DNA from: Antedon mediterranea
Lineage: Eukaryota > Animalia > Echinodermata
Assembly: GCF_964355755.1 (NCBI RefSeq)
Contig: NC_092671.1
Span: forward strand, 40,682,304 to 40,746,303
Length of the DNA: 64,000 nucleotides
Direction of reading: 5' to 3'
In this document: piece by piece, positions 12,296 to 33,740 of the stretch
Layout of the letters: each line of letters opens with the position of its first letter
Numbering within the stretch: the first letter of the stretch is position 1
Notes under the pieces: model-generated
What the model was told of the DNA's origin: nothing
Databases searched by the model: none
The model's input: only the letters and a program-made list of their open reading frames with translations
Program-made: the position numbers and the translations under genes

Positions 12296-13428
12296 ATGAC
12301 AACTTTAAGATCGGGTAAAAATATAGATAAGACTATGTCAGACAAAGATACTAGGAAAGATATGGTTGACCAAGAAGAGGTTGACCAAGTCAATGAAATA
12401 TATGATAAAATGGCTAGGGATATTGATGTGCCCGAAATACCCGGCGGTATGCCTAAAGATATGATGCTCGAATATTTTCGAATGAAGTTCGAGGCCGAAA
12501 ACAAAAAGTTAGAATTACAATACCAACAAGACCAATTAAGATTAGAAGCAGATATAGAGCAAAAGAAAATAGATATAGAGCAAAGAAAAATTGAATCACA
12601 AGAAAGAGTGAAAATGATGGAATTAGAAAATAGGTCTAGCTACAGTAATGCTAGGAATATAGTAGATGAAATGAAGGTAAAGGTTCCTACTTTGAAGGAA
12701 TCAGATGATATTGATATATATTTTAGAACATTTGAACACTTGGCAGAAGCCACAGGTTGGGATAAGAATACGTGGTCCGCTAGGTTAGCACCTGAACTGT
12801 CTGGTAAAGCTAGGACAGCATATGCATCCTTAACCGTAAAAGAATGTGTAGATTATGATACCTTAAAGAAGGCAATCTTAGAAAAGTATGATGTGTCCGC
12901 AGAGACCTACAGATTTAAATTTAGAAATTCAAACAGAGTTAAAGATATGTCCATCAGGGAATGGCTGAATGAGCTCTTCCATTATTTAAAATGTTGGATG
13001 AAATGTGCTAATGTACTGTAAAAGAAGATGATGCTGCAGGCATTATTGAAATGATTATAATGGAACAGGCACTTGATAAAATGCCTGAAGATCTGAGGCT
13101 TTATCTTAGAGATAAACAAGTAAATAAGAGCTATGATAGCCGATGATTATATAGCTAATAGAGGTGGCCGTGGCTATTGGAATGCCGTAAATTCTGAAAA
13201 TAAGCCTACGTATAAGGGCCAAGAAAATAGTAAACCTAAGAATGGTACGACTCAGAATAACCCTGGAGCTAGGCAGCAAGGATACAATAGGTATCGCGGA
13301 AGGGGAGGCAAATTCCATAACTACTGTATGGTAGAAATTTCCAACAGAGAGAACCTTCAAATGAATGGATTAATGGCCTATGCTTCAATTGTAAGGAGAA
13401 GGGACATAAAATAGGGGATTGTCCTAAG
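12296..13428 (+). pseudogene. gag: gag (frameshifted), ending in a CCHC zinc knuckle
   Basis: Coiled-coil region, then DIDIYFRTFEHLA...W...LSGKA. Frame breaks near 13015, 13125 and 13320. CFNCKEKGHKIGDC at 13381 is in the pol frame. Confidence 0.85.
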
Positions 13429-16400
13429 ATGGTAGCAAAAGGAAAGACTAGTGACACTAAGAAGGGCCCGAATGTGAAAGATAGCTTAAGATGTGAAGGA
13501 CTAAAATCAGATAGACCCCAAGTAGTTATAGATAGTGTAGAAAATAAAATGGAGAAATGTACAATACCAGGAAAATTAGAAGGACAGGATATAACTATGC
13601 TTAGAGACTCGGGATGTACCCAGTCAGCTGTTAAGGAAAGTCTAGTGCCTAACAAATGTTACTTGCCAGAAAAATGGGTTACGTTAAGAGGTATAGGAGG
13701 CGATATTACCGTCCCCTTAGCTGAGGTAGCTATAGAAAGTAAGATAGTGACAGGAAAAGTGATTGTAGCCGTAATCGAAGGATTACAGAGGGACATGTTA
13801 TTGGGTCATGATTTGGACCAGAATTGTGGGGAAACAATGGCTAAAGAAATGTTCGTCCTAACTAGGGAGCAAGCCAGAATAGAAAATGATGTTAGAATAC
13901 AAGACGAAATGATATTGTTAGGGAAAGATAGTAACTTTAAGCCGATAGAAGAGCCGCCTAAAGAAACTAATGTACAATTGTGGAAAACAGTAGTAAATGA
14001 CAACAAAATAAATAAAACTAAGTGTTTAGATGATATGAATGGAACAGAAATGAATAATTTGTTTGACGAAAATGAGGATAGAGCTAAAGATAAAACAGTC
14101 AAACATAAAACTTATGAACAACAGCACAAGCTGAACCTAACTAAACAAGAACTGATCAAATTGCAAACTAAGGATGACTCACTCAAAGGAGTGTTTGACA
14201 GGGTAGTCCCTATAGAAGAAATAGGTCAGCATAGGGTATGTTTCTTTATGAGACAAGGTATATTGATGAGAAATTGGAGTAGTATTAAAGATAAGAATAA
14301 CCAAGTGGAACAGATTGTATTACCCACTCAGTGTAGACAGGGTGTATTACACTTAGGTCATAATGTGCCATTTGCAGGTCACATGGGTGTTGAGAAAACT
14401 AAAAGTAGGGTCCTGAACCAATTCTATTGGCCAGGTATATTTAAAGATGTGGTAGTCTATTGTAAAGTCTGTAAGGAATGCCAAAAGGTAGATAAGGGTA
14501 AAAGTAAAAGGAAACATACTTTGATACCATTACCGATTATAAGTACACCATTTAAACGTATAGCGATAGATATTGTTGGACCCTTATCTAGAACAAGCCG
14601 TAATAACAAATATATGCTTACTATAATTGACTATGCTACAAGATATCCGGATGCTATCCCGTTACCCAATGTTAGAGCTGAAACAGTAGCCAGGGCTCTA
14701 ATAGAAGTCTTTACTAGAGTAGGATTACCCGAAGAGATTGTACATGATCAAGGAACTAATTTCATGTCTTCAATTATGCAATCTATAGGTAGTATGTTGG
14801 GGATTAATCAATTAAAGACTACAGTGTACCACCCCCAAAGCAATGGGCTTGTTGAAAGATTTCACGGTTGATTGAAAAATATGATAAGGACACTTACAGT
14901 TAAGCAAAGAAAAAATTGGGATAACTACATACCCCCCTTTCTGTTTGCATACAGAGAAGTTCCTAGTAAAGCGACGGGCCATTCACCTTTTAAATTGCTT
15001 TATGGTAGAGAGGTGAGGGGACCCTTGAGTTTACTCAAAAGTAATTGGGTAGAAGATGAAGAAACATCTACTGATGTTATCAAATACATGTTAGACATAA
15101 GAGAAAAAATGGAGGAATTAATGAAAGATGCTAATGTAAACAAACTTGAACAACAAGAAATTATGTCCCAAAATTATAACAAGAATGCTATTGATAGAGA
15201 ATTTGTAGAAGGGGACAAAGTGTTGATATTCCTTCCAGTAGGAAATAGTAAGTTAGACAGTAAATGGCAAGGCCCCTTCACTGTTACAAAAAAGGTCAAT
15301 GATGTAAATTATGAAATATACATAGGAGGTAGAAGAAAAGAAAAACAAATTCTACATGTTAATATGTTAAAGAGATTGTATGATAAAGTAGAAATAAGTA
15401 AAGATGGTTATTATGTAGTAACAAATGTTCAGTCGATAGAAGAAGTAGACTTAAATGAAACAGTCCATGACAATGAGTTAGATAGTGAAATAGACATAGG
15501 ATTGTCTTATCATCAATCACAAACATGGAGAGATGTTAACGTTAGTAGTAATTTAAATGATACACAAACTAAACAATTAACAGAATTGTTAAAGTACCAA
15601 CAGAATGTATTCTCGGATGTACCAGGTAGAACTCACTTAGTGACACATGAAATTAAGACTAATGGTGAAATGCCTATAAGGCATAGGGCATATAGAACGC
15701 CCCAAGCATTAAAGGGTAAATTGAAAGAAGAATTAGATAGTATGTTGGCTATGGGTATAATAGAACCTACAGTTAGTGCCTATGCTGCACCTATTATTGC
15801 CCTGAAGAAAGGCCATAATCAAATTAGAATGGTGACAGATTTTAGATCACTAAATAAGACTACACAATTTGACCCTTATGTTATGCCTTGCATAGACGAA
15901 ATGTTGGATGAGGTATCATCCGCAATATACATAACTACGTTAGATCTAACTAAAGGATTTTACCAGGTGCCTCTGGATCCTAAGACCAAAGACAAATCAG
16001 CATTTATTACACAATTTGGACAGTATTGTTACAATGTACTTCCATTTGGTATGCAAAATAGCTCTAGTACTTTTCAAAGATTAATGGATAAGGTATTACA
16101 AGGTACTGAAGGATATGCTAAGGCATATATAGATGACATATGTATTTATAGTCAAACTTGGAAAGATCATATTTTTCATTTGAATGATGTATTAGAAAGA
16201 TTAAGTAGTGCTGGATTGACAGCAAAGCCTTTGAAATGTAAAATTGCCTATGCACAGGTAGAATTTCTGGGGCATAAGATTGGTAATGGAGAAATTAGAC
16301 CCATGATTGATAAGGTTGAGGCTGTGGAAAAGTTCCCCAGACCTTTGTCTAAGAAACAAGTCCGATCATTTCTCGGATTAACGGGCTATTACAGAAAATT

Positions 16401-16926
16401 TGTACAGAACTATGCCGATATTGCTAAGCCATTGATTGATTTAACTTTAAAGAGTAAAAGTACCGTTAAGTGGAATGAACAATGTGAAAATGCCTTTGTA
16501 ACTTTAAAGAAACGACTTACTGATGATAATGTATTAAAAGCCCCAAATTTTGATAAGATGTTTATATTGCAAACCGATGCCTCAAATTATGGCATAGGTG
16601 CAGTGCTGAGCCAAATAGATGGTGAGGGTAATGATTATCCCATTGTGTACTTAAGTAGAAAGTTATCCGTACATGAGCAGAGATATTCTGTGCCAGAAAA
16701 AGAGTGCCTCTCTATTGTTTGGGCTATCAATAAACTTAAGTATTATCTGTATGGTTGTGAATTTCAAGTTCATACTGACCACCAGGCATTGAGATGGATG
16801 GACTCAATGAAGGGTGCCAATGTTAGACTTATGAGATGGGCTCTGTTTTTACAAGGATATAAATTTAAAGTTATTTACAAGAAAGGATCATTAAATGGAA
16901 ATGCAGATGGATTAAGCCGTGCATAA
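13429..16926 (+). pseudogene. pol: pol: protease, integrase, reverse transcriptase, RNase H; in-frame TGA at 14869-14871
   Basis: LRDSGC (PR); H..H..C..C plus AIDIVGP/VHDQGTNF/LVERF (IN); LDLTKGFYQV, PFG and YIDD (RT); QTDAS, EKE and TDH (RH). The two ORFs are in the same frame, separated only by a stop. Confidence 0.95.
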
Positions 16927-18849
16927 ATAATATTATAGAGGTGTTATTAGTAGATAGTTTAAAGTAAAATGGTTTTAAATGTTAAATTTTTGGAAAGATT
17001 GACACAATCTTTTTCCCAAAAAGGGGAATGTCATATTATAAATGTTGTGATTCTCTGTGTTTAGAGAAGGATGCTTTAGACCAGGTCCGCCTTAATTAGC
17101 CAATCAAAATCGCATAAATTTTGGAGGGAAAATGTTATCCTCCTCTGAAGCCTAAAATTTGCATATCCAGTATAAAAGTGGAATGTAATAGATATTAGGG
17201 GAGAAGAGAGAATAAGATCAGAGTAGATAAACGGAAAGATGATAAAGAAAATAAGGCTTGACTGGTACAGTGGTAGAAAGAAGTATTATTAATCGAATTA
17301 CAAGGACTAAATGTTCTAGTTGAGTTAAATATACTTTTTGTATGAGTTATCATTCAGTGACAGCTGTGTACGTCGCGTAGAAATATATACGCCTGAGAAA
17401 GCTCGGAACCAACTAAGATAAATTCACTACATCGAGGGAATATATATTTCCCGAAGCGCCAGCTGAGGGAAATATATATTCCCCTCGAACTTAATATCAT
17501 TCCCTCGGGGATGTCAAATCTTATATTTAACCGATATAAAAGGCAATATCTGTTATATTATATAGCCAAGAACAAGTCTGCTGGGTTGGGTGAAGCTAGG
17601 CTAGGCCTCCTATATTTGTATTGTATTAAAACAAGCCTGCCTAGACACCTTACCTTGCGAAGAATAATATACAGATAATTACTAATTAATGATTCCTTGG
17701 CAATAAAATATTCACTTAGGCCTAGGTCGTTTAAATTAACAGAAGAATTTCCATCAATAAGCCTATTAATAATAATATTATAATCAGGTAGGCCGAATAA
17801 AAATTTGTCTTCTTAACTTCTCTTCGAGGAGCCGAATCACCGGATTTTCAGCGCGTACTAGTTACTAGGTTACTACACAGTGAGTATTGACCAATCACAA
17901 ACGGTGTTTCATGACATTTAGGGTGGACTAATAACAAATGAGGGCGCTATGTATGCATAGCTTAAATAGTTTAGAAGATTAATTTCTTCAAGCAAGTTCA
18001 GTGGCGCAGCGGTTGAAGCATTGTCTTGCGATGGAGTGACAATTCCACCCGAGTTCAAGATCGAGTTGATGACTTTTGTTTATTTATCGGCAACGCGAGT
18101 GTTGGCACACGAAAATTACACAGTCAATATCATCGAACTCGAGAATCTATATGTTTAATGACAGGGGACACGATAATTACGCGAAAATTACACAGTCAAT
18201 ATCATCGTTCTCGAGGATATATACGATTTACGATCCTCGCAGCGGTAGTCATGTGATGCAGTTTCAACCAATCACGTTCGCGTATTTACATAGGCTATGT
18301 AATGTTGTCAATTAGTGAATGATGAAAGGTTATATTCATCATCCATGCAATTATTTGTACCATTCTACTCATAAACATTCATTATTTGTATCTTATTGAA
18401 GCATGGAGCTAATAAATTAACTCTATGGTAGAAGCAGTGTATTACAGTAGCAAATTCTTTACATTGGTACATGATTCACAATTTTTTTACACCAAAATTT
18501 GTAAAAAAAGCAGAATTTCATCGAATAAAATGCAATTTGACAAGACTGGATACTGTATAAATAAATGACATTTAGTTTTGTACAACATTGGTACAGCCAA
18601 TTTGAGTTATTAACATTATCAAACATTTTGTATAGATTATACACTTATTAACAAATAGTAATGTTTTTAAATTTCATTAATAAATTGTTAATGCATTCTA
18701 GTATGTACGGCCCCTCCTTTTCATAATGGAATCTTCCAATATTGATTATAATAATGAGGGTTCAGTTTGCTCTAATACTACAAAGATTATAGCATAGTTG
18801 GTGCTTTGAATTTTGCTTGGAAATATTCAACATATTTCTATATTTACAG

Positions 18850-18953
18850 GGGAGAGAAAACAAAAAACAAGCCATATGAAGATACCTAAACTACTTTAAC
18901 GTGAACTGTGTATTTTGGACGACAACCTAGGACAGGATTTGGCATTTATTTTG
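18850..18953 (+). other. Candidate 5'UTR exon of synaptotagmin with a 7-codon uORF
   Basis: tttacag acceptor and strong GTGAGT donor; contains atg aag ata cct aaa cta ctt taa. Confidence 0.4.
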
Positions 18954-20526
18954 GTGAGTTTAAGCCGATAATATTACCTTTTGTATCAAGTAGTATTTAT
19001 TGATTTTAGTGTGGTTGACGACATGTTTCCTCTGAGTAATTCTACATACACAGTGAAACAATATTGAACACGGTTACATATTCTTATTATTTCAAAAATG
19101 TATTAAAGGTTTAATATTTCTTATTTATATATCATCTTATTACTACAATTTTTTTTATCATTCAATGGATAAAATGTTCTTTGTTATTATTGTTATACAG
19201 ATAAATATAATTCATGAATTTAGAACAGAGATATTATTATAGTTCAGAAATAATATCTCTATGGTTAGAATTGTTAGTATTCTGCATCTTCTTTTTTTTT
19301 ACTATTTAAAAATTTAAATAAAAATTTGTGTTTCTGATTAATGTTTCTGTACAAATATTTTAATTAAAACCATTTGTTTACATTTGATGGATAAAACCAG
19401 GGAATTTCTGTGTGACCTGACCATAAACAATGTCAATAATGTTGACTTACAAATCAGGGAGGTATTTTTAATTTAAATTTATTTTAATTTATTTCTAGAC
19501 TATTTATTTTATTTTACAGGCACCAATGAAAGCTGTAATTTTTAATTCAATCCACTGACTCAATATCAAGATACTGTAGTGTAAATCAATTAATAATTAT
19601 TATGCCTTACTTACAGCATTTTCATTGATAAAACCACAATAGTAGTGCAATTCTTTTGTTAGTTTGATACTGAAATGAAATTTCAAGAAATGTCAGTGTA
19701 TTCCACAAAACCTGTACTGTAGAATATGGTTCTTTTCTTTTTCTAATAGCAATCTGCATATTCTTAAACAATATGTTTATTTGCAGCATATGGTTTAAGC
19801 TAACTTATATTTTACATTATCATATATTATATTTATGTTTTGGTATTCTTCTGCTAGGATATCCTTATTAATAATAGGCATACACTTACAATATTATGCC
19901 AACTACGGATAGAATTAGTTGTGGTTGGCCAATGCACATTGACCTTTTGTTTTGTAGTTAACACAAACTTGCATAATCTACCATATGTCCCTATATGTGT
20001 AATCTAAATGTTAGAACAAAAAGGATGTCAATAAATTTGTAATAATTATCTCTTTTATCCTTACAAAATGTGGTTGACTTTATTTATCCCATCAAGTTGT
20101 TTTGTTATAGGAATGTAACCTACTTTATCTATTGGATGATCTATATCCACATCACTCTGTTTAAAATCAGGTTTTGGTCAAAAAATATAATAACATACAA
20201 TGAATTATTTTATTAAAAATATGGGCATGATTAAACGGTACTTAAAAAACTGTCAATCCAATAAATTCATAAAACATATTGGTGTTTTTCAAACAAATCT
20301 GTGACCTTTGAAGCATAAGAATAATTTGCTGGCTCCTTTACTTACAATACGTTTTGATTTAGCTTATTCACCCTATTTTTTAAAAATCTCCGTTATTTTA
20401 TTCACCATTTTTGCCTTTTCCGAAGCTGCTAATAGTAAAGAAAAAGCTGCTAATAGTAAAGACAAATCAATATTAAGATAAATTGGTCATGAATTTAGTT
20501 TACATTTTCTGGAAGAATAAAGTCTA

Positions 20527-20994
20527 CATAACAGACAAAATATGAACACAAACTCTTTCATTCTTCATAACAGACAAAATATGAACACAAACTGTTTCAT
20601 TCTTCATAACAGACAAAATATGAACACAAACTGTTTCATTCTTCATAACAGACAAAATATGAACACAAACTGTTTCATTCTTCATAACAGACAAACTATG
20701 AACACAAACTCTTTCATTCTTCATAACAGACAAAATATGAACACAAACTCTTTCATTCTTCATAACAGACAAAATATGAACACAAACTCTTTCATTCTTC
20801 ATAACAGACAAAATATGAACACAAACTGTTTCATTCTTCATAACAGACAAAATATGAACACAAACTCTTTCATTCTTCATAACAGACAAAATATGAACAC
20901 AAACTGTTTCATTCTTCATAACAGACAAAATATGAACACAAACTCTTTCATTCTTCATAACAGACAAAATATGAACACAAACTCTTTCATTCTT
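20527..20994. repeat. 39-bp minisatellite x12
   Basis: Unit cataacagacaaaatatgaacacaaact(c/g)tttcattctt. Confidence 0.95.
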
Positions 20995-21808
20995 CTCTTC
21001 TTTCGATGTGAAACCGTCTATTTGCATTAAATTTGATGTAATACTAGACCACTAACCGGATTTTCAGCAATATACAGTACTATACAGCAATATACAGTAC
21101 TTGTATCCTCTTAAATGGCTTACTACGTAATGTTATCAAGTTGAACAAAATTCAATAAGATTCTGTGTTAGTAGTAAAGCCTTGCATTCAATTCTGATAA
21201 GTTTACTACCAGTGTTGACATAGGAGGTCAGTGTTTGTAGAGTACAAGTATCCATAATTGAATTGAATGAAAAAATACTGTGGAAAGTACTTTTCATACA
21301 ACTGAAAAATAACAGATAATTTCTTAAGAAGTTTTATGGTTCTTCAGAAATTACAATTGTATAATTTTAATTTAGTTTTCTTGCCCATCGCATGTCATGG
21401 CATCATTGCCATGTTATTGAATATTCAGACTGCTAATGTACTACTAACTTGCACAAGTAAGTAAGTAATTAGATAGTTAAGGTTTTTAAGATTTTTACAA
21501 TCAATTAAATACTAACTGTAGCTGTAGCGTGACTATTTCGCAATGTGTGTTTATTGTATAGATCTTATTGATTTGTTTTATTATACATCAGGTGAATATT
21601 TACGTCCATTGAAAATCAATTGGATTATTCCATTTAGGTTGCAAAAGTTGATTGGAAATTCTGATTAGCAATCTTTCTTTAATGAGATTTTTTCATCTTT
21701 AATTGACGACAGTAGAAATAATGAATCATTTTAATGAACCAATATAATAAGTTTAACTAACTGTTTTTTTACAGATTTTAATTTTTTTTTGACAAGATAT
21801 CTGTTACA

Positions 21809-29848
<8,040 letters not shown>

Positions 29849-32800
29849 TAAAAACATAGCAGGAAACAAAAACTGGTTACATCTAGTTAATTCCTATTCT
29901 TCTCTTTAAAATAATAGATTTCGTTGAGAACAATTCTTTCAGTCTATGTATCGTTACAATAATGTATTGTCTACTTGCCACTTGCCCGAAAAAAATGGGT
30001 TTTTGTCATTTGGGCAATCACAAGTTGGCCGGTGTTGCCAAATCCTATAGTGAGTTTCTAATTGAAAATATCAGATAGAAAAAATATAGTTTGGAAATGT
30101 CCAAAATGTTGTCGATTGGTGAGCAATTCTCATGAAAGTCACCTGTAGGAGCAGCATAATAATCCGGTTAAATTGAAATAAAAAATATTGTAGGACAAGT
30201 TTATTTCATTAAGTTCAGGCAAGTGGTTCAATGGCTATTTGGCCACATTCAAAGTTAATATATTCCTATCCCATCTAGCCTACTATGCCTTCGCCCCCTG
30301 AAACTATTTCTACCCTCAAGAATGCACGCGACGCATCTCCTTAAGCCCCCGTTTAACCCTATTGCTAAATATGCTTGTTTTCAAGTTGATTTTGTTGCCT
30401 CCATAAAGACAATTCCAATATTCTCCTATAGAGCCTTGATACACGAATCCTCTTTCCAGATATAAATCTAAATATATACAATAGATGTATACATTATAAG
30501 TGTAAAACATTGCTCTTGTATTGCCTATATTGCACTGGTAACAAATATTATCTCAAAGTAAAATTGGTATTAAAAGTAAAGCATTTGTTTGTTTATGTAA
30601 TGTAATATTTCGTTTTTTAACAAATGTTGAAATTGTCTTTGAGATCTAAAGAATATATACAATGTAAACAAAATAACTATCAATATACCGTTATTTTATT
30701 TCCTGGCACAAGTTATGTTTTGCTTCTGCGTGAAAACAAACATTTTTCCATTGAATTTGGACCAATTTCTGTGCAATCTAATGTGAATTTTAACAATTTT
30801 ATTCTTGCGTAATTTTAATCAATATATTTTACTAAAAATCATTCCTACCAAATTCAGGGTAAAGTATGTTTAGTTATAAAAACAGTAGATAATGAAAGAT
30901 AATGAAATGTAAGTTAAAATATTATGAAAGTATTCCAATGTTTAATAGATGAACTATTTATAGAATTCATGATATTTAAAAAAAAGCAATATGTACAAAC
31001 AATTTGATGGGCTTTCCAATGTTTTTTTTTAAAACATAAAAGATACCTGTTGAGAAAATATTTAAGTTTGTTGGCGCAAACTTTGCACTTGATAAACACA
31101 CATATAAGGTCACTTATTTATTATCATTCCATGTTCATTATCTAATATTTTAACACTTAATCTATGTTAGAATTAATATCTAAGGTTAAACAATATTCAT
31201 TCCTAGTGATGTATTCCAATGTAACTGAAAGTCCGTTTACAACTCAAAATTAAATGTAAATTGTATTCATAAATAGATTTTGTTGATGAATTTCAACCTA
31301 TTGAATTCTGTAACCTTTGTTTATGATATTTTAGAATGCATAAATAACTACATGATAGTTGTTTTACCTAGATCAGTAAAATGAATATGCTTTCCTGTTG
31401 ATTCTATGAAAAAGAATTGACAATGTTAAACTTTTAACAATTATACTAATAATTTATTTTTAAAGTTACTCAACACACTGTTTAATTTAAGACTAGGTAC
31501 TTAAATTCAGCAAATGTTACTTAATTTCTGTATTTATTGTTTATGTTTAAACCCTTTTAAATGTTAAGTAGTATTGAATTTATTGGTAAACTTTGTTGAT
31601 TTGCTTTCAACTTGAATTAAGTATCAATATTCAGTGCAAAAAAATAGTATATTTATGTTTATCTGTGTTGTAGATATGATATTATACAGTATATTATACA
31701 GTATATTTAATCAGTTATGGACAAGTAGTATTGTAAATGTTAATGATTGAAAATGTAAACTTAGAATATGTAGATATGGCTTGTGTGTATGTGTATATAT
31801 TATATAGGCGTATGCGCTATTTATCCCATTTGTGGGTGATGATTCCATGTGGTATTTTGGTGATTAAAGTAACCTTAAACTCCTCATTCAATTACATTAC
31901 TTCTGCTGCCATTTGTTGATTTACGCTAGTTCCTAATAAAAACTTAATTTATCCGCAATTGTTGAGTTAGTAAAAATTGCAACAATTTGTAATTTATTGG
32001 CAGTTAAATGGTACCCATGCTTCATAACATATTAATAATTAATTCTTTCTGAATTAAACTCAAAGGTACATGTCCTAAACATAGATTGCTACAAAAAACA
32101 AACTGATTATTTTGTCAAATGGGCATTCAATATTTCTTGACAATTATTGTCATGTTTTAAATTGCCCTGCAAACTTATCAATACTGCTTGCAATCTTCTA
32201 CCTGGACTGACCTTAGTGTCATTATTATGTTGATGTATCGTTAGTGTTGTATATAGCGTGTACTGAATAAAGGCGTTATGCCATATAGTCTTCAGAAAAT
32301 TATTTGATTATTTTGTTATTTTAATTGCATAAAAATCGAGTGAATTTTACAGTATATGAAAGACTGGTTGAAGTAGGGCCTGCAACTATATGGAAATCAC
32401 AAGTTTGATGCTCTTTGTTGTGTTCACATCTTTTAAAATTATAACAATTAAGTCGGTAGGCAGATAAAATATTAATTTTTATTTCAACTTTATTCCAGCT
32501 GGACAAATTAATGCCAGTTGATATCCAGGGCCCTCTTAAATTCCAGTAAAATACATAACAATTATAAATAGCATGATAACATACATTATTTACAAATATA
32601 TTATATACAGTACTAAATAATAAACAGAAATATGTTTTTTTTTGTTGAATACAGTATCTCACACACTTTCACCCAAGAACGACAATAAAAATAAAAAGGC
32701 ACTAAGCGCCTTCCATACAATTGAATTCGAAAATTCAAGTCGCATGTTTCCACAATAAAAAGAGCGTCATTTCGACGATCGAGCATTCTCTACTTCTACG

Positions 32801-33491
32801 GAGCGCCATTTATGCCTTTATTTATTTCCGAAATAGAAATAGTACTACGGTAACTGGTTCAGTGGACCAAATTTAGCACCAGTGGAGCACAGTGATATAA
32901 AATATAAAGAAGTCGCTAATTTTAATATCTTTTCGTATGTTAATACACTGTGCTCAAGTGGACCCAATTTGGAGCCAGTGGAGCACAGTGATATAAATAG
33001 AAACAAGTCATTGAATGTTAATATCTTTTCGTATGCTAATACACTGTGCTCAAGTGGACACAATTTGGAGCCAGTGGAGCACAGTTATATCAAATAGAAA
33101 TAAGTCACTAATTTTAATATAGTTTCGTATGTTATTACACTGTGCTTAAGTGGACCCAACTTGGAGCCAGTGGAGCACAGTGATATAAAATAGAAATAAG
33201 TCACTGAATTTTAATATCTTTTCTTATTAAGCATATTTAAATACCTACCGGTATGGGACCATACATGTTCGATAATACAGTGTCACATATCTCTATTTAT
33301 AAAAAAAAACAATATTAACAAAAAAAATATCCTTCGAGGTTCAAACCCCAGCCGATAGCACTCAAAACTGAGCATTACCCGTTCCGCCACCAAGTACATG
33401 ACTGAAAAGCTGATAATAGTCTATTTATACGTGTATGACATAATTGATCATTACGTCATAAATATCCTATTAACCTTGCTAAAACCAAAAT

Positions 33492-33740
33492 GATCAGTTA
33501 GCTCAGTCGTCTGAGCGTCGTGTTAACAACACGTATGTCGTGGGTTCGATTCCCACGCTGGTCGGTGGAATAGAGTTAAGGCTATGCGAGCCACTGTGTT
33601 TGGGGTTCACAGATCATACGTCCCCCTTTCCACCACACATCATGAGGCGACAACATCAATGCATCTGGTGATGTGGTGGAAACGACCCCAAAAGGCTGTG
33701 CTGAGGCAGGGAGAGCACATTTACCATCTTTTTATTTTTT
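33492..33740 (+). mobile_element. tRNA-derived SINE (cloverleaf-foldable head 33492-33564)
   Basis: A box TAGCTCAGTCG, B box GGTTCGATTCC, paired acceptor and T stems, followed by a ~170-bp body and a T-rich tail. Confidence 0.7.

Larger units (their letters stand above)
11357..17431 (+). mobile_element. Full-length Ty3/Gypsy LTR retrotransposon, Gmr1-like (gag-PR-IN-RT-RH)
   Basis: LTRs 11357-11757 and 17029-17431 (TG...CA; I count 3 substitutions and one 2-bp indel). 5-bp TSD TCGAG, PBS 11758-11771 and PPT aaaaaggggaa 17018-17028. Confidence 0.97.
11283..18302. mobile_element. Palindromic host element split by the LTR insertion (arms ~11283-11356 + 17437-17452 and ~17467-17558), possibly extending to ~18302
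   Basis: Removing the LTR element restores an ~90-bp inverted repeat around gaagcgccagctga. A second short inverted pair tatatagcc (~17559) / ggctatgta (~18293) follows. Superfamily uncertain. Confidence 0.55.

Noticed and set aside
14869-14871. Programmed readthrough or selenocysteine at the pol TGA
   Set aside because: It falls inside the integrase core (ERFHGxLK), not at a gag-pol boundary, and the element has other lesions, so a nonsense mutation is simpler.
17995-18065. tRNA gene (also minus strand ~33330-33395)
   Set aside because: Only A/B-box-like motifs; no convincing cloverleaf, and both are embedded in repeats.
20524-21030. 160+ aa repetitive ORFs on both strands
   Set aside because: By-product of a 39-bp (13-codon) minisatellite.
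30275-30485. Small minus-strand Helitron in the Syt 3' region (TC...CTAG)
   Set aside because: The flanking base does not fit A|T insertion, the hairpin is weak, and there is no empty site or second copy.
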